In this document: positions 10,885 to 21,467 of the stretch, piece by piece
Layout: every line of letters begins with the position of its first letter
How positions within the stretch are numbered: the first letter of the stretch is position 1
Source: Leptolyngbyaceae cyanobacterium
GTDB taxonomy: Bacteria > Cyanobacteriota > Cyanobacteriia > Phormidesmidales > Phormidesmidaceae
DNA: 64,000 nt
Reading direction: 5' to 3'
NCBI GenBank assembly: GCA_965263355.1
Contig: CBDHHL010000032.1
Span: forward strand, 384,001 to 448,000
Notes under the pieces: generated by a model
Databases searched by the model: none
What the model was told of the DNA's origin: nothing
What the model saw: the letters and a program-made list of their open reading frames with translations, nothing else
Position numbers and translations under genes: made by a program

Positions 10885-13800
10885 ATGGCGGTTGATAAAG
10901 AACTTGAGATTAAGCTTCAGTTCCTAGACGAAGCGGACGAGTATTTACAGACCCTAGATGGGGCCTTGCTGGACTTAGCACAGAAAGGTGTGCTGCGCAA
11001 TGATATTGATGCGGCGCTGCGCTCATCCCATTCGATTAAGGGGGGCGCTGCCATGATGGGATACGCTCTGTTAAGTGACTTTGCCCATCGGCTAGAGGAC
11101 TCGCTAAAAGTTCTCAAGGTCCAGCGTGATGGTGTGTTAGCTGATGATAATTTGGAGCGATTGTTACTATCAGCGGTAGATGTTTTACGTCAGGTTATTC
11201 AGTGCGATCGCAACCAGACTGCTCCTGATGAAGCGTGGCTGGTAAGCACTGCTTTGCCTGTTTTTGATCAACTTTACGAGATTTTAGGAGAGGCTGATCC
11301 TGAGGATGAGAATATCCTGTTGTCATCGGATGAAAACCAGGATATTATTCCGGTCTTATTCAGTACTGAAGTCGAAGGTTGTCTAAATCGGTTAGAAACT
11401 GCGATATCTGCTCACACACCTCAGTTGCGTGAAGAAGTTGACATCTTAGCTCAAGAGCTTGGGGGATTGGGCGAAATGTTACAGCTGCCTGTATTTGTTC
11501 AACTGTGTATGTCAGTTGAACAAGCTATACGTGTGGCGGCCAGTGAGGCCCAAGTTATGGAAGTGGCTCAAGCCGCTCTAAATGAATGGAGGCAATCTCA
11601 AAGCCTGATTTTGGCGGGACAAGTTGAGCAGTTGCCCATGGCTTTGTCGGGATTAAGCTTTGAGGTAACCGCAGCTACTTCAGACTCAGAGCCGGTTAGT
11701 GATGGAACTCTGGTCGGTAATCAACTGGTCGTAGATGCCGTAGATAACTCTATTCTCGATTTAGGCCAGGTTGCCGAGGAAGATGACTGGGCAACGATTC
11801 TTGCCCAGGCTGAAAGTGCAACTGCTGATCAGGATATTTTTGCTCGATCAACAGAGCGATTTCATCAACTGCGGAGTTTAATTCCATCCATGAACATCAA
11901 TCAATAGCGGAGATTGAGTCGACGTTAACTCGGTCGGTTGAAAGCGGCTCTAAAGACTCTGTTCAATCCGTTAGGCCCATGGTGGAATCGGAACCGCAGT
12001 CTGTGGGACAAGATACAGCTAAGCCTCAGGCAGAGTTTCATTTTTCCAGCCAGCCTAGTCCTGAGGTTCAAGTTGCGGACTCAGATGCTGATCAAGATAC
12101 TACAGTGCGAGTTTCAGTCCGGCAACTTAATGAACTAAACGACTACTTTGGCGATTTGACAATTGAACGCCATCGTCTCGATAGTGAAGTGAAACGGTTG
12201 AGGTCATTGGTAAAATTGCTTCATGAGCGGCTGCGTTCTCTAGAAGAATCAGAAGAGGATTTGCGGGATGCCTACGATAAGACTGCCAGTAATAATCCGT
12301 TAATGCTTCCGGCAGCTTCCATTGGTAGGAATGGTAATGCCCCCCTCGCTTTACATGAAAGTTTTGGCAATGGAGCAATTGTCTCAGGATTTGATTCCCT
12401 GGAGATGGATCGCTACGACGAACGGCATCTGCCCTTTCGGGACATCATGGAAACAGCAGTAAGGCTAAGAGAGGTTGCTGATGACATTGAGATTAGCGTT
12501 GATATAGCAGAACAGTCATCACGTAATTTGCAGCGTACTACAAGACGACTGCAGCGTAATCTCAATCAGTTGCGCATGCGTCCCTTGTCAGACATTACAA
12601 ATCGTTTCCCTCGAGCATTGCGTGAACTGTCCTTAGAATTTAATAAACCTGTAGAACTTAAGGTTGAAGGAGATAAGACACTCGTTGATCGTAATATTTT
12701 AGAGTCCCTAAACGATCCGTTAATGCACATTTTGCGTAATGCTTTTGACCATGGCATTGAGACGCCAGAGGAGCGTTTAACGGCGGGTAAATCTGAGCAA
12801 GGTACGATTACTATTACGGCTCAACAACGTAGTAGTCGGACTATTATTACTATTCGTGATGACGGTCGCGGCATTCCCCTTGATAAAATCCGTGCCCGTG
12901 CCAAGGAAATGGGATTAGATGAGTCCTTGTTGGCTACCGCTAGCGAAACAGATTTGCTCTCACTGATTTTTGAGCCTGGGTTTAGTACAGCCAGTCAGGT
13001 TACCACGCTATCTGGTCGTGGGGTGGGTATGGATGTGGTGCGCAATAACCTTGAAGAGATTCGAGGTGATATTAGTGTTTCTACCCAGGCTGGCCAAGGT
13101 TCGACATTTACCATCTCAGTACCCTACACCCTTTCTGTTACTCGGGTATTGCTAGCTGAGAGTAATCGTCTGCCTATGGCCATTCCAACGGATAACCTGC
13201 AGGAAATTACGGTGGTTGCTGATGACGAGGTGTATGATGAGGATGGCCGTGAAATGTTTACCCGTAGTGGTAAGCCAGTCCGGTTAATTCGTATGGCTAA
13301 GTGGTTAGCCTTTAACTGCGCCCGTCATCTTGAAAGTTTAGAAATGAGCCCCAATGTAACGGTACCGACGGTTTTAGTCTTCCGTTATAACGATCAGCTG
13401 TTTGGACTGCAGATTGATCGCTCTTGGGGGGATCAAGAAGTGGCACTTCGCCGGATTGAAGGGAATGTCTCAATGCCGACAGGATTTAACAACTGCACTA
13501 TTTTTGGTGATGGACAGGTTGTCCCCCTGCTTAATGCTCCAGAGTTTATTCGCTGGGTACTGAGTTGTGAAGGGTCAAACATCAAGGAAGCAGCAGTCCT
13601 CTACGGCAATCCTTTACTAAGTGGTAAACTAAGCGACCTACAACCTAATGCGGGTGTTAATTCTGCTAAGCAACCCATGATCATGGTGGTAGATGATTCG
13701 GTCAATGTGCGACGACTTTTGGCTCTAACGTTAGAGAAACAAGGATATCGTGTGACTCAGGCAAGGGATGGTCTGGATGCGCTAGAAAAACTCAACGCAG

Positions 13801-14051
13801 GTCTCGATATCAATGCGATAGTTTGTGATATTGAGATGCCGCGCCTTGATGGCTATGGTTTTCTGGCAAAACTACGCTCCCACGAGCGCTGTTCCCACAT
13901 TCCGATTACGATGCTGACGTCTCGTACAGGGGAAAAGCATCGTCAACTGGCGATGAAACTTGGGGCTAATGCTTACTTCTCGAAGCCTTATCAAGAGCAA
14001 CTGTTGCTAGATACCCTTGCGAATGCTGTATTTAATGCTCCTTTGAATTAG
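10885..14051 (+). pseudogene. cheA: Hybrid CheA histidine kinase (Hpt-dimerisation-HATPase-CheW-REC) split by a -1 frameshift into 10885-11907 and 11979-14051
   Basis: First ORF has the Hpt motif SHSIKGGA. Second has HILRNAFDHG, DDGRG, SGRGVGMDVV, CheW and receiver domains. The second frame is open from 11829, overlapping the first ORF's tail. May be a sequence error or a real split. Confidence 0.8.
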
Positions 14052-14055
14052 GTTA

Positions 14056-14304
14056 ATGATTTCTATTACCTTGAAGCTGTTTGCGGTGTATCAAGATGTT
14101 TTGGGTTGTCCTGAAATGGCGATGACATTACCAGCGGGCACAACGGTTAGGGATCTGTGCGATCGCATTTGCAACCAACACCCTGAACTCAGACGATGGC
14201 AACCGTTAACTCGCTTTGGCATCAACTTACAGTTTGTTGAAGCTGATACCCTGCTAAACGACGGCGATGAAGTCGTCTTGATTCCACCGGTCAGTGGCGG
14301 CTAA
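14056..14304 (+). CDS. moaD: Molybdopterin synthase sulfur carrier (MoaD/ThiS family)
   Basis: 82 aa ubiquitin-like protein ending IPPVSGG. Confidence 0.9.
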   Translation: MISITLKLFAVYQDVLGCPEMAMTLPAGTTVRDLCDRICNQHPELRRWQPLTRFGINLQFVEADTLLNDGDEVVLIPPVSGG

Positions 14305-14310
14305 TAATGG

Positions 14311-14346
14311 GGCGTTAGGGGCGTTGCATGCAACGCCCCTAACGCC
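14311..14346. repeat. 36-bp perfect palindrome, GTAG-REP-like, between convergent genes
   Basis: GGCGTTAGGGGCGTTGCA|TGCAACGCCCCTAACGCC. Confidence 0.85.
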
Positions 14347-14357
14347 AATTCCATAAA

Positions 14358-14723
14358 TTAGTCCACGGCATACTGTTGAAGTACTGCGAGTGAAACTGTA
14401 TCCAAGGCAGTTTCATGGGTAGAGGCGAGCACCACTTTTGGTGCCACACCTGTATCATGGGCTTCCTTCCAGCGACTAGCACATAGACACCATCGATCAC
14501 CGGGTTTGAGCCCAGGAAACTGATACATGGGCATTGGGGTGCTCAGATCATTACCTTGGGCCTTGGTATAGGCCAAAAAATCTTCCGTAACCTCAGCACA
14601 GATGACATGAGCACCCATATCGTTTGGACCTGTGTTGCAGGTACCATCGCGGTAAAAACCAGTCATGGGGTTGGTGCAGCATGACTGCAAATTTTCACCC
14701 AGAACGTTTCTTACAATTGCCAT
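14358..14723 (-). CDS. DUF2237 family protein
   Basis: NVLGE.L..C...PMTGFYRDG.C, GNDLSTP, FPGLKPGDRWCLCA.RW. Confidence 0.88.
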   Translation of the reverse strand: MAIVRNVLGENLQSCCTNPMTGFYRDGTCNTGPNDMGAHVICAEVTEDFLAYTKAQGNDLSTPMPMYQFPGLKPGDRWCLCASRWKEAHDTGVAPKVVLASTHETALDTVSLAVLQQYAVD

Positions 14724-14738
14724 CGGTTTTTCGGCTAT

Positions 14739-15626
14739 CTAGATTTCAGCAACGGCGCGCTCAACCAAACGACGAGTCAGGGTTTGAACACCTGTGTGCT
14801 CGTAATAGTTGGTGGAAATATCTAAAAATGCACCAAAATAGTCCATTTTATCGTCGGCTATATCCACAAACGTTTTCAGGTTAGCAACCACGCTTTGAGG
14901 TGTGATGCCCTTGGATTCAACAAAGTCACCCATCCAGCCTTTAACGGAGTCGAAACTGGTGAGGACGAAGGAGAGCTGGTCAGCCGTTTTGCTACCAGGG
15001 ATAGCTTCCTTGATGGCTTTAAACGCTGGATTGCTTTCAAAATCCTGAGGCTCGAGTTTGCTTAATAGGGCCTCAGTTTGTTTAATAAAATTAGGACCTA
15101 GGGGCACCAGGCCATCAAAACAAACCAAGGCAACCATCCGCACTAAAGACTCACTACCATAATCGCCCAATGCGTTGACAAAATCACCAACGCTGTCGCC
15201 TGGAATACCGTTGATTTTGCAGAAGGCAACGATTTCTGTAACCAGCTTCATGCAAAGATCAATCGTCTGGGCTTTTTCAGGTTTAGGCGTTAGACGATTG
15301 ACAATCGATAGAAAAGGTATATTTTCGGTGACCTTCCCTGCCAAAGCCGCCTGTCCCAGAGCCCGTCCTGTGGAATCAATGGTTTGATAGAGCCACATAG
15401 CCCTCTGATAGCCTTCAGATTTGTCGTTATAGAGTTGAATGGCACGGGCACCAATTTGCTCAATCAGAGCGGCGTCACTTTCGCCAGTGACTTGGCGAAT
15501 GGTATTTTCAAATCCCACAAGGTTGTCCCATTCCCCAGGTAATATCTTGTCAAGGGAACGGAGAGCAAAAACCGTCAGGTTTTTTTCAGGTAACTCGTTA
15601 ACTAGCTCGTAGATCGACTTGCTCAT
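14739..15626 (-). CDS. Conserved cyanobacterial hypothetical protein (helical)
   Basis: 295-aa ORF with a GAGGA RBS, co-oriented and closely spaced with its neighbours. Confidence 0.75.
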   Translation of the reverse strand: MSKSIYELVNELPEKNLTVFALRSLDKILPGEWDNLVGFENTIRQVTGESDAALIEQIGARAIQLYNDKSEGYQRAMWLYQTIDSTGRALGQAALAGKVTENIPFLSIVNRLTPKPEKAQTIDLCMKLVTEIVAFCKINGIPGDSVGDFVNALGDYGSESLVRMVALVCFDGLVPLGPNFIKQTEALLSKLEPQDFESNPAFKAIKEAIPGSKTADQLSFVLTSFDSVKGWMGDFVESKGITPQSVVANLKTFVDIADDKMDYFGAFLDISTNYYEHTGVQTLTRRLVERAVAEI

Positions 15627-15666
15627 AGTGATGTCCTCATTTGATGGCGCAGGCGATATGAAGAAA

Positions 15667-16191
15667 TTAATTGACGAGTTGAGCGAGTCCGGCTAAGTCA
15701 AACTTTTCTAGCCAGGCTTCACGGTCAGTTGATGTAAAATCATTATCCCGAGAAAGGACTTTGACCTGCAGACGATCAGCCACCAATAGACTGGTAGCAG
15801 TGCTACCCACTTCTGCCAATGGATAGCCTGCCAAAGAGCGCTGACTATTTTGATACTTATTAGTGGCGCTGGGGTTGGAGGCAGTATCAGATATCGAGAG
15901 CATGGCTAGGGTATTGCCATCTTGCTTCAATTTGGCTTCAGCGAAGCCCTCTTTTTCTTGGGTATAAACCCGTTCATATCCATCAGCAGCAGGGAAGAAC
16001 TTATTAAACTCACCGCCATTAATGATGGACTCTTTATCAACATTGACGGCAGGTGTTTGTTCTTCGATTTGCTCCCATTGAGCATTGTCACTGGGTTGGG
16101 ATGCTTTGAGTTGAGTTAGCTGGCAACCACCCACCGCCAGCAAGCCAATGAGCAAAAGAGCACCGATGGCTATGGAAACTTTACGCAACAT
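15667..16191 (-). CDS. Conserved hypothetical exported protein/lipoprotein
   Basis: Signal peptide with lipobox-like LAVGGC; FNKFFP and YTQEKEGFAEAKL segments. Confidence 0.75.
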   Translation of the reverse strand: MLRKVSIAIGALLLIGLLAVGGCQLTQLKASQPSDNAQWEQIEEQTPAVNVDKESIINGGEFNKFFPAADGYERVYTQEKEGFAEAKLKQDGNTLAMLSISDTASNPSATNKYQNSQRSLAGYPLAEVGSTATSLLVADRLQVKVLSRDNDFTSTDREAWLEKFDLAGLAQLVN

Positions 16192-16659
16192 GGGATTTAG
16201 GGAGTGCTTCTAAACAACAGGAGTAGAAACTGTAGTGTCAGCCCCATAACCACAGGAAGAATAGGAATAGTTTCTCTATTTGAACCCTGTAGTTAGATCA
16301 ATGGAGCATGCAAACACCTAAACGTGTGAACAGGATGTTTACAACAGGTAGAAGTTTATCGTTATCTCGCGAATACAAAGAATATCGCCTGCGACTTTGT
16401 AAGCATTCGTATTGTTTGCAAGAGGTAATTGGGAAGTTTGGCTTAAGTTCTAGGGATCCTCTAGGCTATTTAGCAGAGAGTTTGTAATTCTGCCTGAATA
16501 GCCTCTAAATTACTCTAAAGTGAAGTGTCTTAGGTTTTATCTAGATATCATTACCCAGGGACTGCAATTTTCCTCAATTCGATAAAAGGATTAACTAGGT
16601 GCAGCTTTTTGACAGTTGGAGGGCCATAATAGGGCGGTGATTTAAATCGGCGAACAGAT

Positions 16660-16914
16660 ATGCCTAGGAAACCAAGCGAATTTATTGTCCACCTACTTTT
16701 TGATGGCGGCCATCATGAGGAAGTGAGGTTTTCCTCGATTCAAGATTTTCAAAAGTGGTATAGCAATGAGCTGATGCCTAAGTCCTCTTCAGATGACTTT
16801 ATTAAGGTGCCACTACCGGAGGTTAACCCTGGTGAATATATGGTTATACGTCCTTCTAGGCTGGTGGCGATTCGGGTAGAACCGCAATTTAGTTCTAGTG
16901 TAGAGCGGTTTTAG
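16660..16914 (+). CDS. Small conserved cyanobacterial hypothetical protein
   Basis: 84-aa ATG ORF ending 10 bp before mltA. Confidence 0.7.
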   Translation: MPRKPSEFIVHLLFDGGHHEEVRFSSIQDFQKWYSNELMPKSSSDDFIKVPLPEVNPGEYMVIRPSRLVAIRVEPQFSSSVERF

Positions 16915-16924
16915 ACAGCGACAG

Positions 16925-18079
16925 ATGATGTTGGGTTGGAGTTGGCTACGGACGTTTCTGGTGGCTTCCGTGGTGTTCTGTCCGCTAGCAGCAGAGGGAT
17001 TTCCTCTAGAGCGGGCTAACTGTCATGTTGAGTTTGTGTCCGATCTTTGTTTGGGCTACGATGCCCAGTTTGGTCAGGATCGAGTCCATTTACTGCAAGC
17101 GATCGATTACAGCCTGGATTATTTAGCTACGGAGGCTGCAGTAACGGCCTACGACAGTTATCCTTTACCGAGTATTACGCGAGAGCGGGTGCAGCGTAGT
17201 TTAGTGCGATTTCGTCAGCTGGTGGCTACTAGCCATTCGGCTCAGCAGCTGCAGCAGGCTGTCAATCAGGAGTTTGATTTTTATCGGTCGGTGGGGCGTG
17301 AGGATAATGGCCAGGTGGATTTTACAGGATATTTTGAGCCCACCTACAGCGCTAGCATTGTGCCTACCACGGAGTATCGCTATCCTTTATACGGTCGACC
17401 GGTAGATTTAGACAATTGGTCATTACCCCATCCCACGCGTACTGAGCTTGAAGGCATTGATGGTCTAGGGGGTGGAGAAGGTCCATTAGCTGATTTAGAG
17501 CTAGTCTGGCTGAGGGATCGGCTAGAGGCGTTTTTGGTGCAAGTGCAAGGCTCGGCGCGTCTACAGCTAACGGATGGTGCTGTGATGTCAGTGGGGTATG
17601 CCGGTCGTACGGAGTATCCCTATACCAGTATCGGTCGGGCTTTGGTGGATGATGGCATAGTGCCAGAGTCAGAGTTATCTCTGCCGATCTTAATAGAGTA
17701 TTTTCAGCAGCATCCAGAGGCTCTGGATCACTATTTGCCGCAGAATAATCGGTTTGTCTTTTTTAAGGCGACGGGTGGGGCTCCTCCTATTGGCAATTTG
17801 AATGTGCCGGTGACCGCAGGGCGCTCCATTGCTACTGATAAAACCCTGATGCCGCCGGGGGCACTGGCGCTCATCAGTCTCGAACTTCCAGTACTGACTA
17901 CACCGGGAGATTGGCAGAGAGTTCACGTTAATCGCTATGTATTGGATCAGGATACTGGGGGAGCGATTCGTGGTCCTGGTCGGGTGGATATTTTTGTGGG
18001 TACAGGCAGTGGTGCGGGACAGCAGGCTGGGCTGATTAATACGAGCGGCGAGCTGTACTACTTGCTGTTGCGGCAATAG
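16925..18079 (+). CDS. mltA: Membrane-bound lytic murein transglycosylase A
   Basis: FTGYFEP, QVQGS, RSIATD and 3D-domain DQDTGGAIRGPGRVDIFVG. Confidence 0.92.
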   Translation: MMLGWSWLRTFLVASVVFCPLAAEGFPLERANCHVEFVSDLCLGYDAQFGQDRVHLLQAIDYSLDYLATEAAVTAYDSYPLPSITRERVQRSLVRFRQLVATSHSAQQLQQAVNQEFDFYRSVGREDNGQVDFTGYFEPTYSASIVPTTEYRYPLYGRPVDLDNWSLPHPTRTELEGIDGLGGGEGPLADLELVWLRDRLEAFLVQVQGSARLQLTDGAVMSVGYAGRTEYPYTSIGRALVDDGIVPESELSLPILIEYFQQHPEALDHYLPQNNRFVFFKATGGAPPIGNLNVPVTAGRSIATDKTLMPPGALALISLELPVLTTPGDWQRVHVNRYVLDQDTGGAIRGPGRVDIFVGTGSGAGQQAGLINTSGELYYLLLRQ

Positions 18080-18690
18080 GTATGGGCGTAGGACCTTGGA
18101 TTGAGAAGTTGCGATCGCAAATTTGCTGACGCAAGTCATATTCTCTAAAGCACCCAATAAAACAAGTATCTTGAGTTTTACGATAGGTTATCAGCTTAAG
18201 TAAACGCCTCTGATTAGCTACATCAAAGTGATCAACGGGTAAATCAATAATAATGACGCTGTAGTCTACGGCAAAGGTATGGGCCAGATTGACCTGATGT
18301 AGCTCAGTTAGAGGCAGGTGTTTAGGTTCCCTCTGCCACAACCGTCGAGGTAAACCGACCCAATCTAAAACGTGACGACTATGTCCCTCAGCCTGGGTGT
18401 GGGAAAATCCAAGTCCTAGCAATTGAGTTGACACACAATCAATGACTGTAGATTCGCCTCGCAATGCTTCACTGGAGCCCAAGTAGCCGATGGTGCGGGT
18501 TTGAATTTGGTCTGTCTGACGGTGGGATAGCTGGGGTAAATTTAACCACTGACTTTGATGATCGACCAAACCTTACCCACGTCCAGAACTATAGTTTTGT
18601 CCTAGAGGAATTTCCAGGTTTCAACTTGGACGTAGTTTAGTCAGTAGGGTATGTCCGTAAGCTACCTCTAAACATAGTTCATAAAGATGG
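18036..18690 (-). pseudogene. phnL: Degenerate PhnL-like (C-P lyase ABC ATPase) remnant
   Basis: HQSQWLNL..TIGY..LPRRLW..QVNLAHTFAVDYSVIIIDLP..DVANQRRLLKLI..IGCF follows PhnL colinearly. ABC motifs are degraded and the 5' part has stops at 18623-18621 and 18575-18573. Confidence 0.65.
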
Positions 18691-18754
18691 TTCACAATAG
18701 AGAAACCTCTGGGGAAATACTGACGTTTCCTCCTACCCTCAACCATCAGGCACC

Positions 18755-20527
18755 ATGACCTACCCACTCCAGCGTTTGTTGACCTATGGCCGCCGCTATC
18801 GTTACCGAATTTGGCTGGCGAGTTTGGCTTCAATTTTGAATAAGGTATTTGATTTGGCCCCCCCTGTGCTGATTGGTCTGGCCGTGGATGTGGTCGTCAA
18901 ACAGCAGGACTCTTGGATTGCTAGTTGGGGTGTATCTAGCATTCGCAGTCAGTTTGTATGGTTATCCCTGTTGACGGCGATTGTTTGGGCATTGGAGTCA
19001 ATATTTGAGTACGCTTACAACTGGCTATGGCGAAACTTAGCCCAGTCAATTCAGCATGATCTGCGACTGGATGCCTACGGCCATCTGCAATCGTTGGAGT
19101 TAGCGTTTTTTGAGGAGCGTAGTTCAGGGGGGTTGATGGCCATTCTTAACGATGACATCAACCAGTTAGAGCGATTTTTAGATCATGGTGCCAATGAAGT
19201 CTTGCAGGTGATTACCACCGTGGTAATTATTGGCAGTGCTTTTTTTGCGATCACCCCTAAAATTGCCTGGATGGCTATGCTACCAATGCCATTGATTATC
19301 TGGGGTGCGATCGCATTTCAGAAGTATTTAGCGCCGCGCTATGCTGATGTCCGTGAACGGGTTGGCCTACTCAATGGCCGTTTGGTCAATAATCTAACAG
19401 GCATTGCCACGATTAAGAGTTACACAGCAGAAGCCCACGAAAACCAGCAAGTTTATCGGGACAGTGAAGCCTATCGCCAGAGTAATCGCCGAGCAATTGC
19501 CCTAAGTTCGGCATTTATTCCAGTGATTCGCATTTTAATTTTGGTTGGCTTTACGGCCACGTTGCTTTACGGCGGGCTTGAAACGGTAGCTGGAAATTTG
19601 GCCGTGGGTACTTATAGCGTTTTGGTGTTTATTACTCAGCGTTTACTTTGGCCTTTAACGCGCTTAGGCGAAACGTTGGATGAGTGCTGGCGGGCGATGG
19701 CCTCGGTCAATCGGGTAATGAATCTACTGGATACCCCGGTGGCTATTCGCCCTGGGGATTATCGACTACCGGTGAGTAATGTGCGAGGAGAGATTGCTTT
19801 TAAAGATGTCACCTTTGCCTATCGTGAGCGCCTGCCAGTGGTGCAACACTTAACGCTGAAAATCCCTGCCGGTAAAACGACGGCCATTGTTGGGGCAACA
19901 GGCTCTGGTAAGAGTACCTTAGTCAAGCTGCTGCTCAGGTTTTATGAAATCAGTGATGGACAGATTACTCTAGACGGTCACGATCTAAACGCGCTGCATT
20001 TAGAGGATTTGCGTCGGGCTATTGGCTTAGTCAGTCAGGATGTATTTTTATTCCATGGGACAGTGGCTGAGAATATTGCCTACGGTAGCTTTAGCGCTAC
20101 GTCTGATGAGATTGAGAAAGCGGCCAGATTGGCTGAAGCCCACGAGTTTATTGAGCAGTTGCCCCAAGGGTATGACACTATCGTGGGTGAGCGTGGTCAG
20201 AAACTATCGGGGGGGCAGCGTCAACGTTTGGCCATTGCCCGTGCCCTGTTAAAAGATCCACCGATTTTGATTTTGGATGAAGCGACCTCAGCGGTAGACA
20301 ACGAAACGGAGGCGGCCATTCAGCGATCATTGGAAAAGATTACGCGCGATCGCACCACCATTGCCATTGCCCATCGCCTATCGACGGTGCGAAATGCCCA
20401 CTGTATTTATGTTATGGAGCAGGGGCAGTTAGCAGAATGGGGAACCCATGAGGATCTTTTAACCCGTAATGGTATTTACAGTAATTTGTGGCGTGTTCAG
20501 ATGGGTGAACAAGTAGTGGTGAGGTGA
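18755..20527 (+). CDS. ABC transporter, fused permease/ATP-binding (MsbA-like exporter)
   Basis: N-terminal TM domain; [29 protein letters not shown]. Confidence 0.93.
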   Translation: MTYPLQRLLTYGRRYRYRIWLASLASILNKVFDLAPPVLIGLAVDVVVKQQDSWIASWGVSSIRSQFVWLSLLTAIVWALESIFEYAYNWLWRNLAQSIQHDLRLDAYGHLQSLELAFFEERSSGGLMAILNDDINQLERFLDHGANEVLQVITTVVIIGSAFFAITPKIAWMAMLPMPLIIWGAIAFQKYLAPRYADVRERVGLLNGRLVNNLTGIATIKSYTAEAHENQQVYRDSEAYRQSNRRAIALSSAFIPVIRILILVGFTATLLYGGLETVAGNLAVGTYSVLVFITQRLLWPLTRLGETLDECWRAMASVNRVMNLLDTPVAIRPGDYRLPVSNVRGEIAFKDVTFAYRERLPVVQHLTLKIPAGKTTAIVGATGSGKSTLVKLLLRFYEISDGQITLDGHDLNALHLEDLRRAIGLVSQDVFLFHGTVAENIAYGSFSATSDEIEKAARLAEAHEFIEQLPQGYDTIVGERGQKLSGGQRQRLAIARALLKDPPILILDEATSAVDNETEAAIQRSLEKITRDRTTIAIAHRLSTVRNAHCIYVMEQGQLAEWGTHEDLLTRNGIYSNLWRVQMGEQVVVR

Positions 20528-20534
20528 ATTTTAA

Positions 20535-20550
20535 TGTGATGAATTACACA
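20535..20550. promoter_or_regulatory. Possible CRP (SyCRP1)-type site
   Basis: TGTGA-TGAATT-ACACA, a 9/10 match to TGTGA-N6-TCACA, upstream of 20715. Confidence 0.3.
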
Positions 20551-20714
20551 AGCTCGATGTCCGTATGTGTAGACTCAATATAAATCTACATAGTTATTTT
20601 GTAGATATACACAAGCAACCTGGAAATTCCGGATCTAACTGTGTCAGCTGGGATATTGGATTGGTGTTAACTGTTTAAAACAGTAGCGTCATCGGTGTTT
20701 TTCCTTAACCAGTC

Positions 20715-21467
20715 ATGGCATTAAATAGGGTTCAATCGACAGCATCGACAAGCTATCTAGCTGCCTCAAGCATGTTGGTACTAACCGTAGGCTTTCAAGG
20801 GACTGCGGCTAATGCTGTGGGAGATTTTCCGGTACCCGAGCCAGATAAACCTATGTTCGAATCTGAGGCTACCGATGCCTCGGAAGATGTGAATACTGAT
20901 CCGGTTGCTGCGGTGGAACCAACTTCTATCCGTCCCAGGTTTTCACAATTGAGAGTTCAGGCTCAGAGACTGATTAAGGCTGAGGTACAGCCTGCTACTA
21001 ACGTTTCTGTTGTCAGTTTAGAAACCCATCGTCGAGAGTTACATCGTCGTTCAAATGCAGTGGAATCTCAGCTATTGGATCTGCAGTATTTGCTATCTAT
21101 CCAAGCCTATGGCGACAGTTTTGCTGATCGGCTGTTGGATGAGAATGAAGCCTATCAGACTAAGCTGAAGCAGATACAGGCCCTTGAAACAGAGATTCAT
21201 GAGGCGATACAACAGACGGATACTGCTCAGCTTACTCAGTTACAGAGACGTTTAAAGCGCATTGATCAAGAGCTGCGCCAGACGGCCCAGGGACAGTTGC
21301 AACAACATATTGCCCAAGCTCAGGTGACATCCACGATGGGATTGTGGCAAGAGCCTATGTATCGGGAATCGTTGCAATGGCTAATGGAACATACCCATGA
21401 GCGTCATCTTTTGAGAGCCCGACAGCAAACTTTGGCGAGTACGTTGGTTGCGATCGCTCCGAACTAA
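20715..21467 (+). CDS. Hypothetical exported coiled-coil protein
   Basis: Signal-like N-terminus, acidic/Pro linker, long Q/E-rich heptad region. Confidence 0.7.
   Translation: MALNRVQSTASTSYLAASSMLVLTVGFQGTAANAVGDFPVPEPDKPMFESEATDASEDVNTDPVAAVEPTSIRPRFSQLRVQAQRLIKAEVQPATNVSVVSLETHRRELHRRSNAVESQLLDLQYLLSIQAYGDSFADRLLDENEAYQTKLKQIQALETEIHEAIQQTDTAQLTQLQRRLKRIDQELRQTAQGQLQQHIAQAQVTSTMGLWQEPMYRESLQWLMEHTHERHLLRARQQTLASTLVAIAPN

Noticed and set aside
11938..12138. 66-aa ORF in the original cheA frame after the stop
   Set aside because: Out-of-frame shadow of the cheA C-terminal half.
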